Positions 17,461 to 27,591 of a DNA stretch of 64,000 nt are shown here, in pieces. Under the pieces are notes generated by a model. That model worked only from the letters and a program-made list of their open reading frames with translations, searched no databases and was not told the origin of the DNA. The DNA is from an uncultured Thermoplasmata archaeon (lineage in GTDB: Archaea > Thermoplasmatota > Thermoplasmata > RBG-16-68-12): the NCBI GenBank assembly GCA_963768855.1, contig CAVYJM010000017.1, forward strand, positions 64,001 through 128,000. The letters are read 5' to 3'. How positions within the stretch are numbered: position 1 is the first letter of the stretch; every line of letters begins with the position of its first letter. Made by a program: the position numbers and the translations under genes.

Positions 17461-19770
17461 ATGGCGGAGCCGAAGCTCCGGGAGAAGACCTGGGACCCGA
17501 AGCTCGAGGAGTCTCTCGCGGCCACCTGGGCCCAGGAGCCCGAGCTCTACCGCTTCGCTCCCCAACCCGGACGGTCGGTCTACGTCATCGACACGCCGCC
17601 ACCGTATCCGAGCGGCTCGTGGCACATCGGCGCGGTCATGTCCTACTCGATGATCGACATGACCGCCCGGGCGCAGCGGATGCTCGGCCGGGCCGTCCTG
17701 TTCCCGTTCGGCCTGGACCGGAACGGAATCAACATCGAGCGGACGGTCGAGCGGAAGACGGGGAAACCCCTCCACCTCTGGGACCGGGAGGCGTTCATCC
17801 AGGAGTGCCGCAAGGAGATCGAGGTCATCGGGAACGGCCTGCTCGACCTTGCGCACCGCGTCGGCCTGTCCGCGGACTTCGATCACGTGTACTACACCGA
17901 CTCGGACGCCTACCGTGCGTTCAGCCAGGCGGTGTTCCTCGAGCTGTGGCCCAAGGGGCTCTTCTACCGGGGCGAACGGCCGACGTTCTGGTGCCCCCAC
18001 GACGAGACGCCGCTTGCCGAGGCGGACATCGAGTACGAGGACCGCCCTTCGAAGCTGGTGTGGATGACGTTCCCCCTCGAGGGTGGCGGCCGCCTCCCGA
18101 TCGCGACCACGCGGCCCGAGCTGCTCGGCGCGTGCCGCGCCGTCATCGTCCATCCGGACGACGAGCGCTTCACGGCGGCCCGGGGCAAGCGGGCCACGGT
18201 CCCGCTCGTCGGCCGCGACGTGCCGATCGTCGCCCATGCGATGGCGAAGCCGGAGTTCGGCAGCGGCGCGGCGATGATCTGCTCGTACGGCGACAACGTG
18301 GACCTCATGCTGTTCCGCGAGCTGCGGCTCGATCCGGTCAAGGCGATCGACGAGCGCGGCCGCATGACGGAGGCCGCGGGCGAGCTGAAGGGGATGAAGA
18401 TCGAGGCCGCCCGGGACAAGGCGATCGAGCTCCTGCGGGCCCACGGCGCCCTGGAGAAGGTCGAGCCCCTCCAGCACAAGACGCCCATCTGCTCACGGTG
18501 CCACACGCCGATCGAGTTCATCTCCTCGGACGCCTGGTATCTGAAGCAGCTCGAGTTCCGGGAGGAGCTCAAGAAGCTCGCGGACTCGATGGACTTCCGC
18601 CCGGCGCGGCACCGCCAGCTCCTCCTCGACTGGATCGACGCCCTCACGATCGACTGGCCCATCTCCCGCCGCCGCTACTACCACACGGAGATCCCGCTCT
18701 GGTACTGCAAGGGGTGCGGCGAGGTCCTTGCGCCGCCCCCGGGCGCGTACTACCGACCCTGGAAGGACCCGGCGCCGTTCGACGCCTGCCCGAAGTGCGG
18801 AGGCAGGGAGTTCGTCGGCGAGGACCGCGTCTTCGACACGTGGATGGACTCGAGCTGCTCGAACCTCTTCGTCTCGCGGTACCGCGGCGACAAGGCGTTC
18901 TTCGAGTCGAACTTTCCCGTCTCCCTGCGGCCCCAGGGCCGCGACATCGTCCGCACCTGGCTCTACTACACGACTCTGAAGTCCTACCTCGTCCGCCGCC
19001 AGAAGCCGTTCGAGACGGTCTTCATCCACGGGATGGGGCTCGACGCCCGCGGTCGCGCGATGCACCGGACCCTCGGGAACATCATCGAACCCTGGCCGAT
19101 CATCCGCAAGTACGGCGCCGACGCGGTCCGCTTCTTCGCCGCGAGCGAGACGAACCCGGGCGACGACTACCGCATCTCGGAGCAGAAGATCGGGGGCGCG
19201 GGGAAGTTCCTCACGAAGCTCTGGAACACCGCGCGGTTCGTGTCGTCCTTCCCGGAGCCGAAGGCCGGGAAGCTCGCGCCCGCGGACGAGTGGATCCTGG
19301 CGGAGCTCAACCGGCTCATCGAGGACGCCCGCGGCGCCTACGGGGAGTACAACCTCTTCATCGCCGCGAACCGCGCGCGGGACTTCCTCTGGAACCTCTT
19401 CGCGCCGCACTACGTCGAGATGGTCAAGGTGCGCGCCTACGAGGGCGACCCGGGCGCGCTCTGGACGCTCCACACGTGCCTGCGCGACCTGCTCCGCCTC
19501 CTCGCTCCGATCACGCCCTTCTCCACGGATCAGATCTGGCGCGAGGTCTACGGAGGCAGCGTGCACGCCGAGACGATGCCGTTGCCCCGCGACGGCATCC
19601 CGGCGTCCCGGCTCGACCTCACCGAGCCCCTCGTCGCGTTCAACTCGGACGTCTGGAAGACGAAGCGGGACAAGGGGCTGAGCCTGAACGTCGAGATGAC
19701 CGGGGTCCTGGTCCCGGCGGAGCTCAAACCCTTCGAGCCGGACCTCCGGCGGATGCACCGGCTCGCTTGA
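17461..19770 (+). CDS. valS: Valine--tRNA ligase
   Basis: IDTPPPYPSGSWHIG, IATTRPELL, DWPISRRRYY, DTWMDSS and RPQGRDIVRTW. The KMSKS equivalent is AMHRT. TATA TTTTAT at 17431. Confidence 0.92.
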   Translation: MAEPKLREKTWDPKLEESLAATWAQEPELYRFAPQPGRSVYVIDTPPPYPSGSWHIGAVMSYSMIDMTARAQRMLGRAVLFPFGLDRNGINIERTVERKTGKPLHLWDREAFIQECRKEIEVIGNGLLDLAHRVGLSADFDHVYYTDSDAYRAFSQAVFLELWPKGLFYRGERPTFWCPHDETPLAEADIEYEDRPSKLVWMTFPLEGGGRLPIATTRPELLGACRAVIVHPDDERFTAARGKRATVPLVGRDVPIVAHAMAKPEFGSGAAMICSYGDNVDLMLFRELRLDPVKAIDERGRMTEAAGELKGMKIEAARDKAIELLRAHGALEKVEPLQHKTPICSRCHTPIEFISSDAWYLKQLEFREELKKLADSMDFRPARHRQLLLDWIDALTIDWPISRRRYYHTEIPLWYCKGCGEVLAPPPGAYYRPWKDPAPFDACPKCGGREFVGEDRVFDTWMDSSCSNLFVSRYRGDKAFFESNFPVSLRPQGRDIVRTWLYYTTLKSYLVRRQKPFETVFIHGMGLDARGRAMHRTLGNIIEPWPIIRKYGADAVRFFAASETNPGDDYRISEQKIGGAGKFLTKLWNTARFVSSFPEPKAGKLAPADEWILAELNRLIEDARGAYGEYNLFIAANRARDFLWNLFAPHYVEMVKVRAYEGDPGALWTLHTCLRDLLRLLAPITPFSTDQIWREVYGGSVHAETMPLPRDGIPASRLDLTEPLVAFNSDVWKTKRDKGLSLNVEMTGVLVPAELKPFEPDLRRMHRLA

Positions 19771-20761
19771 CCGGGAGCGGCGCGCCCCTCCGCCCGTACG
19801 TGGCGCGGAACCAGGCCATCGTCTCCCTCAGCCGCACGTCGAACGGCTGCGGCGACCATCCGAGCGCGCGTCGCGCCTTCGATGCGTCGACGACCACGTC
19901 CAGGGCGGCAAGATCAAGGGCTGCGCGCGTAATCATCGGCGTGCGGCCGTTGAAGCGGCTCCGGATCTCCGAGAGACGTACCGCCACACGGGCGAGGGAA
20001 AGAGGGACGCGGTGCGCCGGAGCGGGGACGCCCGCCGCCCGCGCGGCGGCGTCCAGGAACTCGTACAAGGTCATCACGCGGTCCGCGAGGAAGTAGAGCT
20101 CCCCCGGCCGCCCGACGGTCCCGGCCAGGATGTGCCCATCGGCCACGTCCGCCGCGTGGGTGAACGTGTTCGTCCCGAACCCGCTCGGGACCGTCCCGAG
20201 GCGCCCTTGGACCAGGAGGGCAAGGCTCTGCGCGAACTGGTTCGTGTCGCGGGGCCCGAACACGCCGCCGGGGGCGACGATCGTGACGGGCAGCCCGGCG
20301 GCCGCCTCCCGGACCACGAGCTCGTGCGCACGCAGCTTCGAGACGACGTATGGGTCATCCATCATCGCCCGAGGCCGCGTGCCTTCCGTGGCGGGGGACG
20401 CCCGCGATCCGGGGAACAGTCCCGCCGTGCTCGTGTAGACGATCCGCGGGACCTGCTCCTTGCGGGCCATCGCGAGCACGTTCGCCGTGCCGTTCAAGTT
20501 CACCTCGAAGACCCGATCCCGGTCCCGCACCCCGACCTCGAACCAGGCGGCGCAGTGGAACAGCACGTCGACGCCGGCGAGTTCTCCCGCAAAGTCCGGC
20601 CGGACGAGGTCCCCTCGGACGATCCGCACGCCGCGGGACTCCGGATCGCGGGCCCGTGCGGGATCCCGGGTGAGGAGCGACACGTCCCATCCCCGAGCGA
20701 GGAGGGCCTCGACGAGGTGGCTTCCGAGGAGCCCCGTCCCTCCCGTGACGAAGGCCCGCAC
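19724..20761 (-). CDS. NAD-dependent epimerase/dehydratase (dihydroflavonol reductase/HpnA-like)
   Basis: GTG 20761 gives MRAFVTGGTGLLGSHLV. Also FHCAA, YTST, YVVSK (YxxxK) and VFGPRD. Confidence 0.85.
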   Translation of the reverse strand: MRAFVTGGTGLLGSHLVEALLARGWDVSLLTRDPARARDPESRGVRIVRGDLVRPDFAGELAGVDVLFHCAAWFEVGVRDRDRVFEVNLNGTANVLAMARKEQVPRIVYTSTAGLFPGSRASPATEGTRPRAMMDDPYVVSKLRAHELVVREAAAGLPVTIVAPGGVFGPRDTNQFAQSLALLVQGRLGTVPSGFGTNTFTHAADVADGHILAGTVGRPGELYFLADRVMTLYEFLDAAARAAGVPAPAHRVPLSLARVAVRLSEIRSRFNGRTPMITRAALDLAALDVVVDASKARRALGWSPQPFDVRLRETMAWFRATYGRRGAPLPVKRAGASAGGPARRV

Positions 20762-20771
20762 GTCCGCCGCC

Positions 20772-21272
20772 TCACAGACGGGGGACGTCGGTGCGGCCCG
20801 TGGCGAGGACCCGCGCCAGGTCCGCACGGGTGATGATGCCGACGACCCGCCCCTCGTCGACGACGGGGAGGCGGTTCACATCGTGCTCAATCATGGCGGC
20901 CGCCACGGCCTCGAGGCTGTCCGTGGGCTTCATCGCGACCGCGTGCTTCGTCATCACCTCGGAGACCTTCGAGCCGCGGAGCTGCCGGTACACCTGCTCG
21001 ACCGCGGCGTGCTCCCGCTCCCCCAGGAACGCGAGCAGGTCGAGCGAATGGACGCGGCTCGTGAGATACCGCTTGCCCAACGTGTCCTCGGCGATCCGCT
21101 TCAGGTGCCGCAGGATGTCCGACTCACTCAGGATGCCGATCAGGCGGCCGTGCTCGTCCACGACAGGCGCCCCGCTGATGCCGCGCTGCACGAGGCGCTC
21201 CGCGGCGGACTCGAGCGTCATGTCCGGCGAGAGGGTGACGACGTCCCGGGTCATCACATCCGCGGCCCACAC
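20772..21272 (-). CDS. CBS-domain pair protein
   Basis: ADVMTRDVVT...ISGAPVVDE.GRLIGILSESD and VSEVMTK...VNRLPVVDEGRVVGIITRADL. Confidence 0.9.
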   Translation of the reverse strand: MWAADVMTRDVVTLSPDMTLESAAERLVQRGISGAPVVDEHGRLIGILSESDILRHLKRIAEDTLGKRYLTSRVHSLDLLAFLGEREHAAVEQVYRQLRGSKVSEVMTKHAVAMKPTDSLEAVAAAMIEHDVNRLPVVDEGRVVGIITRADLARVLATGRTDVPRL

Positions 21273-21321
21273 GAACCCTGCAAGGGCGGGAGTCTACTTG
21301 ATGTTGTCCCGTCCGCGACGC

Positions 21322-22428
21322 TCAGCCCTTTCGGAGGATGACCGTCAGGACGTCCGAATCGCGGAGGACATGGTCCAGGCCGACCTTCTGGCCGGGGAAC
21401 TGCGCGCTGGCCCCCCAGACGTTCGCGTATCGGAACCGCCGGCGCCACTCTCGATGAATCGAGTCGCAGACCATGCCGACATCGGAGTGCTCCTTGACGA
21501 TGAGCGGCTCGGCCATGTCCGCCTCCTTCCCCTGCGGTTTGAGGTACACCCGCATGAAGCGCAGGGTCTCGAAGATCTCGTCCTTGAGCTTCGTGAGCCC
21601 GACGCCCTTCTCCGCGGAGATCGGGACGAGCTTCCATCCCGCGAGCTTCGCCTGGAGCGCCTTGAGGTAGTCCTGGCCGACGAGGTCGATCTTGTTCACG
21701 GCAACAAGGGCCTTCGTGTACACGCGGTTCCCCGCGAGGACGTCGATGAGCTGGTCCTCCGTGATGTCCTGGCGCACGACGATGACGCCGTTCAGGTAGC
21801 CCCACTCGCGGCAGATGTCCTCGATCATCTCCTTGTCGAGCTTCGTGAGCTTCACGGTCGCGTTCACCGTGATCCCGCCGCGGTTCGCCTTCGCGAGGGT
21901 GATGTCCGCGGGGCGCTCGTTGAGCCGGATCCCCGCCAGGTAGAGCTCTTCCGTGAGCACCTGCACGTTCGTCTCGAACACGTCGATCATGAGGAGAATC
22001 AGGTCGCATGCCCGGGCCACGGAGAGGACCTCGCGACCCCGGCCCCGGCCTTTCGAGGCCCCGTGGATGAGGCCCGGCATGTCGAGGACCTGGATCTTCA
22101 CCCCGCGGTACTCGAGGACGCCCGGGATGATGTCGAGGGTCGTGAAGTCGTACGAGCCCACCTTGCTGTCCGCGTCCGTAATCTGGTTGAGGAGGGTCGA
22201 CTTCCCCACGCTCGGGAAGCCCACCAGGCCGATGGTCGCGTTCCCGCTCTTCTTGACCGCGTAGCTGACGCCGGCCCCGCCGGACTTGAGACGGCGGAGT
22301 TCCTGCTCCGACTTCAGGCGGGCGACCTTCGCCTTGAGTCGGCCGATGTGGTGCTGGGTCGCCTTGTTGTACGGCGTCTTCTGGATCTCGTCCTCGATGG
22401 ACTTGATCTGCTCCTCGATCGTCGCCAT
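21322..22428 (-). CDS. DRG/OBG-family GTPase with TGS domain
   Basis: TPYNKATQHHIGRLKAK, GFPSVGKST, YDFTT, DMPG, NKID and TGS ...GQKVGLDHVLRDSD. Confidence 0.93.
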   Translation of the reverse strand: MATIEEQIKSIEDEIQKTPYNKATQHHIGRLKAKVARLKSEQELRRLKSGGAGVSYAVKKSGNATIGLVGFPSVGKSTLLNQITDADSKVGSYDFTTLDIIPGVLEYRGVKIQVLDMPGLIHGASKGRGRGREVLSVARACDLILLMIDVFETNVQVLTEELYLAGIRLNERPADITLAKANRGGITVNATVKLTKLDKEMIEDICREWGYLNGVIVVRQDITEDQLIDVLAGNRVYTKALVAVNKIDLVGQDYLKALQAKLAGWKLVPISAEKGVGLTKLKDEIFETLRFMRVYLKPQGKEADMAEPLIVKEHSDVGMVCDSIHREWRRRFRYANVWGASAQFPGQKVGLDHVLRDSDVLTVILRKG

Positions 22429-22482
22429 CCGTTCGGGCGGAGACAGCCCGCGGCCCGGGAAAAGGTTTCCTTCGGTTCGCGC

Positions 22483-23262
22483 TCACCACATGGTCCGGAC
22501 GCTCTCGGCCTCCACGCCCTTGACCGCGTAGAGCACGATCCGGCGGCTGCGGGCGTGGTAGGGGGCGAGGTCGAAGCCGCCGAGGACCCGGTGGATGTGG
22601 AGTCCCGCCGCGTCGAAGAGGTCCTTCAGTTCGGGGAGGGTGTACGCGCGGACGGACCCACGGTGCTCCCGCGTGCCGTCGCGGTCGATGACGATCTGCC
22701 TCGTGTCGTATCGCCCGCGGAGGACGTCGAAGGTGTCCTCCTGCAGGACGATGCTCCCGTCCTCCCCGAGCCGCCACCCCTGGAGCGGCAGCTCGTACGC
22801 GAGGGACTCACGGTTGAAGCGCTCCATGACGAGCTTGCCGCGGGGCTTCAGGGCCCGCGCGACGCCCGCCAGAACGACGCGGTCTTCCTCCACCGTCTCG
22901 AAGTACCCGAACGAGGAGAACATGTTGATGACCGCATCGAAGGCGCCCCGGTAAGCGAGGTCGCGCATGTCCCCTCGCACGAAGGTCACCTTGACGCGGG
23001 CTTGCTTCGCGGCGGCGCGCGCTTCCCGGAGCAAGTCCTCGGAGAGATCGTACCCGACGACCGCATAGCCGCGTCTCGCGAGCTCGACCGCATGACGGCC
23101 GGCGCCGCACGCGAGGTCGAGGATCCGGGCGCCCTTCCGGAGATGGAGGATCTTCTCGACCCCGTCGAGCTCGGCGGACGTCCGGTCCGCGGCCGGTGCG
23201 TACTGCTTCAGGTAGTCGGGTCCGAAGAAGGACTCCCACCACGCTCGTACCGGTTTCGCCAA
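22483..23262 (-). CDS. Class I SAM-dependent methyltransferase (start uncertain, TTG 23262)
   Basis: WWESFFGPDYL, ILDLACGAGRH, GDMRDL and FDAVINMFSSFGYF. Confidence 0.85.
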   Translation of the reverse strand: MAKPVRAWWESFFGPDYLKQYAPAADRTSAELDGVEKILHLRKGARILDLACGAGRHAVELARRGYAVVGYDLSEDLLREARAAAKQARVKVTFVRGDMRDLAYRGAFDAVINMFSSFGYFETVEEDRVVLAGVARALKPRGKLVMERFNRESLAYELPLQGWRLGEDGSIVLQEDTFDVLRGRYDTRQIVIDRDGTREHRGSVRAYTLPELKDLFDAAGLHIHRVLGGFDLAPYHARSRRIVLYAVKGVEAESVRTMW

Positions 23263-23317
23263 CGAACTCCCCCGCGCGGGCGGACGATGGGCGGGGGAGG
23301 CCAAGTACCTTCCGCGC

Positions 23318-24271
23318 TCAGGCCTGCGTGATCCGGGTGCCCGCCTTCTTGTCCGCAGCGTCGGCGAGGTGCTCCAAGTCCGTGATGGCCGCATACTCAC
23401 CGCCGGACTCGATGAACTCGATGGCCGCCTGGATCTTCGGGCCCATCGAACCTGGAGGGAACTGCCCCTCTGCGAGATGCTTCTTCGCCTCCGCCACGGT
23501 CATGTGCTCGAGGAAGCGTTGGGTCGGCTTCCCGTACCCGAGGGCCACCTTCTCCACGTCCGTCGCGATGATGAGGGCCTTCCATCCGAGGACGCGGCCG
23601 AGGACCGCGGCGGCGAGGTCCTTGTCGATGACGGCCTCGACGCCGACCAGGCGGCCCGCCCTCCGGACGACCGGGATGCCCCCGCCGCCCGCGCAGATCA
23701 CGACGTTGCCGTCCCCGTCGCCGATCAGCTTGAGGACCGTGTCCTTCTCAATGATGTCGAGGGGCTGTGGGGAGGGCACGACCCGCCGCCAGCCGCCGCG
23801 CGCCTGGTCCTCCACGAGCTTCCAGCCCTTCGCGCGCTTCACGATCAGGTCCGACTCCCGCGTGTACAGCGGGCCGATGGGCTTCGTGGGGTGCGTGAAA
23901 GCGGGATCGGCCCCGTCCACGAGGGTCTGGGTGACAATCGCCACGACGCCCCGCTCAATCCGGCGGACCGCGAACTCGTTGCGGAGCGCCTGGGCGAGGA
24001 GGTAGCCGACCTGGGCCTGGCTCTCCGCGCCGCACACGTCGAGCGGCATCGCCGGGACGGCGTTCCGGGCTTCCTCGTTCTGGAGCAGGATGTTGCCGAC
24101 CTGCGGACCGTTGCCGTGCGTCACGACGAGGTCGTGGCCCGCCTGCACGAGGTCCGCGAGCTTCGCGGCGGTCCCCTCGATCCGGTGGCGCTGCGCGTCC
24201 GCGCTCCCGCCGTCGCCGGGAGGCTGGATCGCGTTGCCGCCAATGGCCACGACCAACTTCTTTGCGGGCAT
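23318..24271 (-). CDS. arcC: Carbamate kinase
   Basis: VVAIGGNA, THGNGPQVG, KPIGP, GWRRVVPSPQP, GGGGIPV, EAVIDKD and GSMGPKI. Confidence 0.95.
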   Translation of the reverse strand: MPAKKLVVAIGGNAIQPPGDGGSADAQRHRIEGTAAKLADLVQAGHDLVVTHGNGPQVGNILLQNEEARNAVPAMPLDVCGAESQAQVGYLLAQALRNEFAVRRIERGVVAIVTQTLVDGADPAFTHPTKPIGPLYTRESDLIVKRAKGWKLVEDQARGGWRRVVPSPQPLDIIEKDTVLKLIGDGDGNVVICAGGGGIPVVRRAGRLVGVEAVIDKDLAAAVLGRVLGWKALIIATDVEKVALGYGKPTQRFLEHMTVAEAKKHLAEGQFPPGSMGPKIQAAIEFIESGGEYAAITDLEHLADAADKKAGTRITQA

Positions 24272-24395
24272 GAGAGAAGTCCGCGCTATTCGGACGAGCC
24301 TATAAGAAACTTAGGACGTGGCTCGGCCTGCGGAGAACGGAGCGGCCAGGGGTGCGCATAACTATTTATGAAGAAGCCCGCTTCGCTCGAATTCA

Positions 24396-25442
24396 GTGGA
24401 CCTCTCCGCCCCGGCCATCCTGAAGATGGTGCAGGCCTTCCGCAAGACGAAGTGGTTCAACATCCTCCTGCTCGTCGTCCTCGGACTCATATCGACGGGC
24501 CTCTGGTACCTGACCGCAGCGGGACCCGTCGGGGAGTGTCTCGGGATCCTCCTGATCCCCGTCAGCGTCTTCGTCATCCCCTACTGGCTCGGCGAACGTC
24601 GGATGAAGACATTCGCCCTGAACATCATCCCGGTCTTCATCATCGCCGCCATCCTGATCGCGGCGCTTCAGACCCAGTCGATCCTCTCCGCAGGCAATCC
24701 GATCCTGTCGAGCGGGGTGCCTCCCGAGACCGCGAACGCGGACCTCCCGCCCCTCAGCTTCTGGAACGGGACGGTCACGCCGTACGGCTCCGCCTCCCCG
24801 AACCAGACGTACGAGTACCATGTGCGCCTGAAAACGGTCGGGAACGTGAATCGGTCGACCGTGTACGTGTCGTTAAACATCACCCAGGTCGAGGGCCTCT
24901 CCGAGGTCTTCACCGCCTATCCGATGCAGAAGGACACGAGTCCGCTCTACAACGACACGACGAACGGGACGTGGTATATCGCGTGGAGGAACCAGCCTCC
25001 CGCCATCTACGGATTCTACTTCTACGCGAACGACACGGGGAATGGCGGGGACATTGTGAACTACACCCTTTCCTCCGGTGTCTTCGGCCCCATCATCCAG
25101 TCCTGGCCCGACTGGTACGGGTTCGTGATCCTCTTCACCGCCGTGAACCTGATCGTCCCCATCTCGTTCTACTTCGTGATCCTGTTCATGTACTGGTACA
25201 CGATCCGCAACCGACGGATGCGTGAGCGGCTGATCGAATCCCGGCGCGGGGAGAAGCTCGAGCTCGAGAAGGGTGCCGGCGGGGGCGAGAAGACGGACGC
25301 TGCGAAGGATCGTGCCGCGGCGCCCGCGCCGTCGCGGGAGAAGAGCCGGAGAGCCGCTGCCTTCACCTGTACGAACTGCGGAGCCGATGTGACCGAGGCG
25401 GATGAGAAGTGCCCGAAGTGCGGCGCGGTCTTCGAGGGCTGA
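24396..25442 (+). CDS. Membrane protein with extracellular beta-domain and C-terminal zinc ribbon
   Basis: Several TM helices, an N/T/Y-rich external segment, and C-terminal FTCTNCG...CPKCG. TATA CTATTTAT 27 nt upstream. Confidence 0.75.
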   Translation: MDLSAPAILKMVQAFRKTKWFNILLLVVLGLISTGLWYLTAAGPVGECLGILLIPVSVFVIPYWLGERRMKTFALNIIPVFIIAAILIAALQTQSILSAGNPILSSGVPPETANADLPPLSFWNGTVTPYGSASPNQTYEYHVRLKTVGNVNRSTVYVSLNITQVEGLSEVFTAYPMQKDTSPLYNDTTNGTWYIAWRNQPPAIYGFYFYANDTGNGGDIVNYTLSSGVFGPIIQSWPDWYGFVILFTAVNLIVPISFYFVILFMYWYTIRNRRMRERLIESRRGEKLELEKGAGGGEKTDAAKDRAAAPAPSREKSRRAAAFTCTNCGADVTEADEKCPKCGAVFEG

Positions 25443-25596
25443 TCCGCCCGGGATTCCCACTTTCATCCATCCCTCCTCGTCGCCTTGAAGGCGGTCCGCG
25501 TCGTCTCGCCCCCTAAACCTTATGTACGGTGGCCCAGTATGCCGAGTCTAGGGATGGGAACGCCCAGCGGCACTCCATGCCATCTGCCGTGATTCT

Positions 25597-27591
25597 ATGC
25601 CTGCGACCTCGATAGCGGAAGAGCTGGCGAAGAAGCAGCGCGAGATCAGCGTCTCCGAGTTCTTCGAGCGCAACAAGCAGATCCTCGGCTACGACTCCCC
25701 GACGAAGGCGCTCCTCACCGTGGTCAAGGAAGGGGTCGAGAACTCCCTCGACGCGTGCGAGGAGGCCGAGGTCCTGCCAGACCTGCTCGTCGAGGTCAAG
25801 AAGGTGGACAAGGACGAGTTCCTGGTCGCCATCGAGGACAACGGGCCGGGGATCGTGAAGAAGGAGGTGCCGAACGTCTTCGGCCGCCTCCTCTACGGAT
25901 CCCGCTTCCATTCCCGACGGCAGTCCCGCGGGCAACAAGGCCTGGGCATCTCCGGCGCCGTGATGTACGGTCAGCTCACGACCGGCAAGGCGACGAAGAT
26001 CACATCCAAGATCGAGGAGGAGGACACGGCGTACTACCTCGAGCTCATCCTCGACACAAAGAAGAACATGCCCTCGAGGGTCCGCGAGGACCGCGTCGTC
26101 TGGGAGCGGGCCCACGGGACACGGGTCGAGATCCCGCTGAAGGGCCGCTACATCGGCGGGAAGCAGTCCATCCCGGAGTACCTCAAAGCCACCGCGATCG
26201 TGAACCCGCACGCGCGGATCACGTACTCCCCGCCGGACGGCCAGCCGCTCGTCCTCGAGCGGGCGTCGGAGGAACTGCCGCCGAAGACGAAGGAGATCCC
26301 GCCTCATCCGCACGGCATCGAGCTCGGCACGCTCATGCAGATGATGAAGGAGACGAAGAGCTACAAGCTCTCGTCCTTCCTCGAGGAGGAGTTCGTGCGC
26401 GTGAGCGCGCGCGTGGCGAAGGAGATTTGCGACGCCGCGGGCCTCGATCCCGAGGCGAAGCCGAAATCCCTCGGGCTCGAGCAGGCCAAGGCCCTCCACG
26501 ACGCGATGCAGAGCGCGAAGCTGATGGCGCCGCCCACGGACTGCCTCAGCCCGATCGGGGAGCGGCTTATCAAAAAGGGGCTCAAGAACGTCCTCGGCAA
26601 CCTGCGGCCCGAGTTCTATGCGCCGCCCGTCACCCGCGACCCTTCCGTTTACACGGGCAACCCGTTCCAGGCGGAGGTCGGCATCGTGTTCGGAGGCGAC
26701 CTGCCCCCCGACCAGCCGGTCGAGGTCCTGCGGTTCGCGAACCGTGTGCCCCTCATCTACCAAGCCGGCGGGTGCGCGCTCACCCAGGCCGTAGGGCACG
26801 TCGACTGGCGGCGGTACGGGCTGGAACAACGCGGGGGCGAGGGGTTGCCGTTCGGTCCCGCAATCGTCCTCGTCCACGTCTGCTCGACGAAGGTCCCCTA
26901 CACCTCCGAAGCGAAGGAGGCCGTGGCGACGGTCGACGAGATCATGGAGGAGCTCGACCTCGCCCTCAAGGAGTGCGGTCGGCGGCTCAAGACGCACCTG
27001 ACCAAGAAGGCCCACCGCGCGAAGACGCGCGAGAAGTTCGAGATCGTCCAGCTCATCCTCCCGCGCATCGCGGAGAAGTCGGCCAAGGTCGTGAACAAGA
27101 AGGTGCCCGTCCTGGATGCCACGATCACGAAGATCATGGGCGTCGTCTGGATCGACGAGACGATCGCGTACGACAAGAAACAGAAGCGGCACACGGTCAC
27201 GATCAACGTCCACAACTTCACGGACGCAGGGAAGAAGCTCAACCTGCACGTGCTCCTGCCCCGCGGCCTCGCCGCGAAGGGCTTCGAGCCGAAGCCCGAC
27301 GAGGTCCGCGAGGACGGGAAGATCACCTGGGAGCTCAAGCGGATCGATTCCGTGGCCAAAGTGTCCGTGACCTTCCTCCTGGAAGGGCTCGACGAGGCGG
27401 AGTACGATGAGTCGGACCTGTACGTGAGCGGGATCAACCCGACCCTGGTCATCGGGGCGGAGCCTCTGCCAGGAGACTGGGAGCTGAACTACACGGAATT
27501 CGAGTCCGAGGAGGCCCCGCCTCCCGCGGAAGCGGAGGACGAGGGCGAGATCGACTACGACGAGACGGAGGAGGCGCTCGACGATGAGTAA
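25597..27591 (+). CDS. top6B: DNA topoisomerase VI subunit B
   Basis: [40 protein letters not shown]2TH domain and RFANRVPL. Confidence 0.97.
   Translation: MPATSIAEELAKKQREISVSEFFERNKQILGYDSPTKALLTVVKEGVENSLDACEEAEVLPDLLVEVKKVDKDEFLVAIEDNGPGIVKKEVPNVFGRLLYGSRFHSRRQSRGQQGLGISGAVMYGQLTTGKATKITSKIEEEDTAYYLELILDTKKNMPSRVREDRVVWERAHGTRVEIPLKGRYIGGKQSIPEYLKATAIVNPHARITYSPPDGQPLVLERASEELPPKTKEIPPHPHGIELGTLMQMMKETKSYKLSSFLEEEFVRVSARVAKEICDAAGLDPEAKPKSLGLEQAKALHDAMQSAKLMAPPTDCLSPIGERLIKKGLKNVLGNLRPEFYAPPVTRDPSVYTGNPFQAEVGIVFGGDLPPDQPVEVLRFANRVPLIYQAGGCALTQAVGHVDWRRYGLEQRGGEGLPFGPAIVLVHVCSTKVPYTSEAKEAVATVDEIMEELDLALKECGRRLKTHLTKKAHRAKTREKFEIVQLILPRIAEKSAKVVNKKVPVLDATITKIMGVVWIDETIAYDKKQKRHTVTINVHNFTDAGKKLNLHVLLPRGLAAKGFEPKPDEVREDGKITWELKRIDSVAKVSVTFLLEGLDEAEYDESDLYVSGINPTLVIGAEPLPGDWELNYTEFESEEAPPPAEAEDEGEIDYDETEEALDDE

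Noticed and set aside
3604-19770. Convergent 3' overlaps (3604-3635, 7403-7428, 11591-11641, 19724-19770)
   Set aside because: Short tail-to-tail overlaps are ordinary in compact high-GC archaeal genomes.
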